From Bilabrum cf. latius (taxonomy: Eukaryota): a DNA stretch of 64,000 bases. Numbering within the stretch: the first letter of the stretch is position 1; each line of letters opens with the position of its first letter. Under the pieces are notes generated by a model, which did no database searches, was not told the origin of the DNA, and saw only the letters and a list, made by a program, of their open reading frames with translations. Location of the stretch: positions 930,001-994,000 of the forward strand of contig OZ237751.1 of NCBI GenBank assembly GCA_965178125.1, read 5' to 3'. This document shows positions 60,314-64,000 of the stretch, piece by piece. Both the position numbers and the translations under genes were made by a program.

Positions 60314-63300
60314 TTAGGGGTACGGCGTGGCGACCGAAAACATCGTGCGGATGTCCAGGCTGTTGCGAAAATCAGTTGCGCTAAATCCCACCCCCCAATC
60401 TGCCGGGGGCCTCGCAGCCTCTGGTACGCTGTAGTCGCTCCAAGATATAAACGTTACGGTTTTTGGCACCCCAGGCAAGAGGTGAACCATGTTTTCATCG
60501 AAAAATCCGGGCAGATACGTCTGCAGGTAGGTGTACGGGGCGACGGCTGTGGACGTCATCGTGACCGAGGCGTACGTTGCGTTTTGTGGCGAAGGGGCCG
60601 GCGGCTTCTGCTCCCAGAATGCATCCGTTCGAGAGCCTCGGAAGGACAGCGTCCCGGTAGAGGTGCGCGTGCGAACAACGACATCAATCTGCGGGATGAC
60701 CAGCCGTGCTTCGGACAAAGAAGCGGGAAATAGCGTGTAGTACGCAGCGGCTACAGCGCTGGATGCCGTCCCCGACACACTGCCTGTGTCATTGCTTGGC
60801 CTGCGCTGATTCTGCTCTCGAAGCGCATTAAGACCGGCAGTCGCACGGGAGTTCTGGATCCGATAATCCTGAGTGCCTGTGGCTTCAGCCTCGACTACTG
60901 CCGCGTCATGATCATGCGGGGCATCAGTCGCGCTACTCGTTCGATACAGCTGCATGCGAACCATCACGTCTTCGGCCTGGAAGCCCGACAGCACGCTGGC
61001 CATTGGTCTGGCGACGACAATCCCGGCGCTCGCGGGTGGCATGGACACGGTGACGTTGAAGCGTCCCGCGATGTTGCCGTTGCTGTACTCGATCAGGGCA
61101 ACCTCCAGCCTGCCGGTCCAATGTTCCGTGCCGTCCCACGCCACCCATGCCTGCAAGTACGGCTCCGAATAGTTGGCCGCACCCGGCGGGATAATGCGCC
61201 GACTGGACACGGCAGCGCCTACCATCAGGTCAGCCATGGCGGCCTTGGCCTCGTAGTGCATGGCCTTGAGCCGGGGCAGCTCTCCGTACTCCACGGAGCT
61301 CCACGACGGCGCGACCCAGTTGTTGTTCCACTGCCAGTAGCACGCACCGCCATTGTAAGATGGTGTGCTGGTGCGCAGCAGGCGGTAGAACCGAGTCTGC
61401 AGCCCGGTGCACCGGGCCTGCTCCACTTGGGTGAGGTACACGAAGTTGGCGAAGGAGATCTGCTGCTTGAGCGGCATGACCGTGCCGTTGTCCTGGGCAA
61501 AGTACGGGGGCAGGGGGAAGTTGGCGCCCGCTTCCTGCCTCAATTCAAGCTGACCCCCGCCGTGGTGCTGCCTGTGCTCCTGAATCGTCGAGTTCCAGGC
61601 CCAATCGGAGGACGGAGTGGTGTAGGCGAACTGGGAGTAGGGGCTGTCCATCGACTGCACCCCGTACTCTGACACGAATCGGCCCTGCGGCAGCCGGGTG
61701 ACGTCATCGCACGTCTGCGAGAGGGGATGAGGTGGGACACAACCAGCAACAGAGAAACCTTCATTTAGCAGCGAGGCAAGCACGGGCAGGATCGTTCATG
61801 CACCAATCGAATCGAATCCATCGACTCACAGGCGAGTAGTCGTAATGTCTGACGTCCCCATAATCGGGTGAGAAGGCATCCCCGTACCTGTGAATGAACA
61901 ACCCCTTGTCTGGACGGTCGTAGATGGCTCCGTTCGAAGGAGAAGACGCGAAGAAGAACGTGTACGGGTCCTCGCTGTACATGGCGCGGCGGAGACCGTT
62001 GTCGAAGAGGATACCGAGGTCTGTCGTCAGCAGCTGCACCTCGGTCTGGTTGCCGTTGGTGCTGCGGACGGTGTCAATCACTGCTTCGTTGGACCCGCAG
62101 TACATGGCGATGGAAGGATGGTGAGCCAGCCTTCGCATCTGCACGCGCGTCTCTTCTTCCACCAGCCTGACGAAGTCGTCGTCCCTCGGGTACAGGGATG
62201 AAGCGAAGGAGAAATCCACCCATAGCAAGATGCCCGACTCGTCAGCTGCCTCGAGCAGGTCGTCCCGTCCCATGTCGCCGCCCCCCCACACCCTTGCAAA
62301 GTTGAAATTGCCCAGCTTGCCGGTGTACATGAGGCGGCGCTGCCTGCCCGGTGACACCCTACCGTCATACGCATCCTGGGGAACAATAGAGGCCCCCTTG
62401 GCGAAGATGGGCACCCCGTTGATTCGGAAGTAGAATGTGAGGCCGGTCGCATTGGAGCCTGCAGGCGGAGGCTCCTGGACGAGCTCAACGTAACGGAACC
62501 CCGTCCTCTTTGTGACCGAGTCAGCATCTGCCGCCACCGATTCCTATCGTGCCTGTCTATTCGGCAAAGCCGACCCTTTGCGCAGGCCCCCGGCCCCGCT
62601 CTGATCGTTCCTGCCTGGAGTGAATGTGATCATGACGTCATACAGCGGGCTAGACCCCAGGTCTCTCGTCCACCACCAGTCCACGAGCGAGGCAGGCACG
62701 GTTACATTCACCGTCACTGGCACAAGAAGGGGAGAAGCTATGTCATCGTCTGCGTCATCGCCGGGACCCGCGCCTTGCCCGCACCCGGGTGCAGCGGGGA
62801 GCACGACGTGCGTCTGGTTGTATGCGTCCGTGCCCTTGATGATGGCCGTCAGAATGCCCTCCACCTGGGAGCAGTCGTTGGCTCTCGCCAGCTTTGCCTT
62901 GCAGCGCACCACGAACGCGTCGCCCGGGATGGGAGACGCGTCGGTGGGGGCAGCAGGAGGGACCGAGGACGCTGCCGCATGGGCGGGCGAGCCGGGCTCT
63001 GCGGGATCGTCGGCCGGCCTGACGAACACAGCCGGCTGCCAGATGCGAGCAGAGCCCGCAGGCACGTGTACGAGACGCATGCCTCTCCAGATGCCGGTGG
63101 CCCCAGCGCTAATGCCCCAGTCCCAGCCGCCGTTGGCTGGCCAGGTTCGAACCTGGTTGAGGTTCGGGAAATTGTCGGAGAACTGAGCACCGGGGACGGT
63201 GTACGGGTACTAAGCAGCCCGGTTGATTGCGTATTTGGGGGTTGAATGGATCTGCACCTTGACTTTGGCGCTCTGGCTACCCCTGAGAGCGCTCGTGACA

Positions 63301-63707
63301 TCTACAGTATTTGATACGAACGCGTTCTCGGAATGCAAGACAGCCTTTCCGTTCACGAACACCGTGCTGATGGCATCGATACCATCCACTTCTAAATACA
63401 CTCTTTCGTTCGCACTGACCACGACGTCTATCGTTTTGGTGTAGGTCCACTCGTCGTATGCGATCCACGCCGATGTGACATCGTTGTTACTAACCATGGG
63501 CTCTGGGATTGTGCCGCTGCGCAGTAAATCTAACTGCACCTAGCCAGGCGTACTACCGTTGATGGATATGGATCCATTGGAGTTGACTACAGCCCAGCCA
63601 TCACCGTCGAGGGAATCCACTACCAATTGTGCAAGTGTGACGCCCGGCATCGTTGCGGCACCGAACAATACCACAGAGATCCCCCACAAAGATCCGGTTG
63701 CTCTCAT
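60314..63707 (-). CDS. MANBA: Secreted GH2 beta-mannosidase, ~1092 aa; intron 61715-61829
   Basis: Signal peptide, WDWG, FYFRINGVPIFAKG, RVWGGG, HHPSI..CGSNE (acid/base), RFVSEYG (nucleophile) and YWQ.N..W.APSWSSVEY. TAG at 63540, 63210 and 62544; ends at TAA. Confidence 0.9.
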
Positions 63708-64000
63708 ATTTAACGGTTGTATTCGCTCCGGTGCGCCCCTCACTGGCACTAGCGCGTCGCTAGCGCGAGCAAACGGCAATGAGCCACCAGGGAATCTCGT
63801 TGATGAACCTTCCCTCAGGCTCTCCCCCAGTCTAGCTGGAGCTGCGCAGCTACCGGCACCAATGCAGTTGGCTGGTGGATGTGGTGGCGCGTAGGATGTG
63901 GACGTGGCCGACGTGCCAGCCGTGGTCGCAGCTCTTGCTGCCGTAGGAGCTAGAGGCGCTCCGCCAGTCTACTCTGCTGATCCGAAAGCAAACGAACACG

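Noticed and set aside
1-64000. Region of mass pseudogenisation or a low-quality assembly
   Set aside because: The interruptions are exclusively TAG, frames are preserved and catalytic motifs are intact. Decay or sequencing error would also give TAA, TGA and indels, as seen in the true relic at 25979-26940.

Overview
GC-rich, gene-dense eukaryotic (protist-like) nuclear DNA with short GT-AG introns. The main signal is a non-standard genetic code. Almost every gene is interrupted by in-frame TAG codons (more than 70 by my hand count) with no frameshift, while TGA and TAA remain the real terminators. TAG sits at conserved Gln positions: DNA polymerase A motif C 'LL*IHDE', NAXE 'FSID*LMELAG', and reciprocal TAG/CAG pairs between two paralogues. 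This indicates UAG=Gln with UAA still a stop. Re-read with that code, the fragmented ORF track collapses into about 20 intact genes: a TPR-like protein end, a WD40 protein, a ~2000-aa helical/PH-like/coiled-coil protein, a copper type II monooxygenase, a sialate O-acetylesterase, an SLC35/DMT-like transporter, a PINK1-like pseudokinase fused to 14 near-identical armadillo repeats (plus a decayed copy), a membrane-anchored nucleoside hydrolase, an organellar family A DNA polymerase, NAD(P)HX epimerase, two paralogous Ig-like/EGF surface receptors, a four-member family I cannot assign (three copies with MGCxxS N-termini), an EF-hand protein and a GH2 beta-mannosidase. Two short DNA words (CACTCGTCACACC and TTGTTCCCTGG) are strongly over-represented inside unrelated genes. 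I saw no RNA genes, CRISPR arrays or transposons. All coordinates and translations were worked out by hand.
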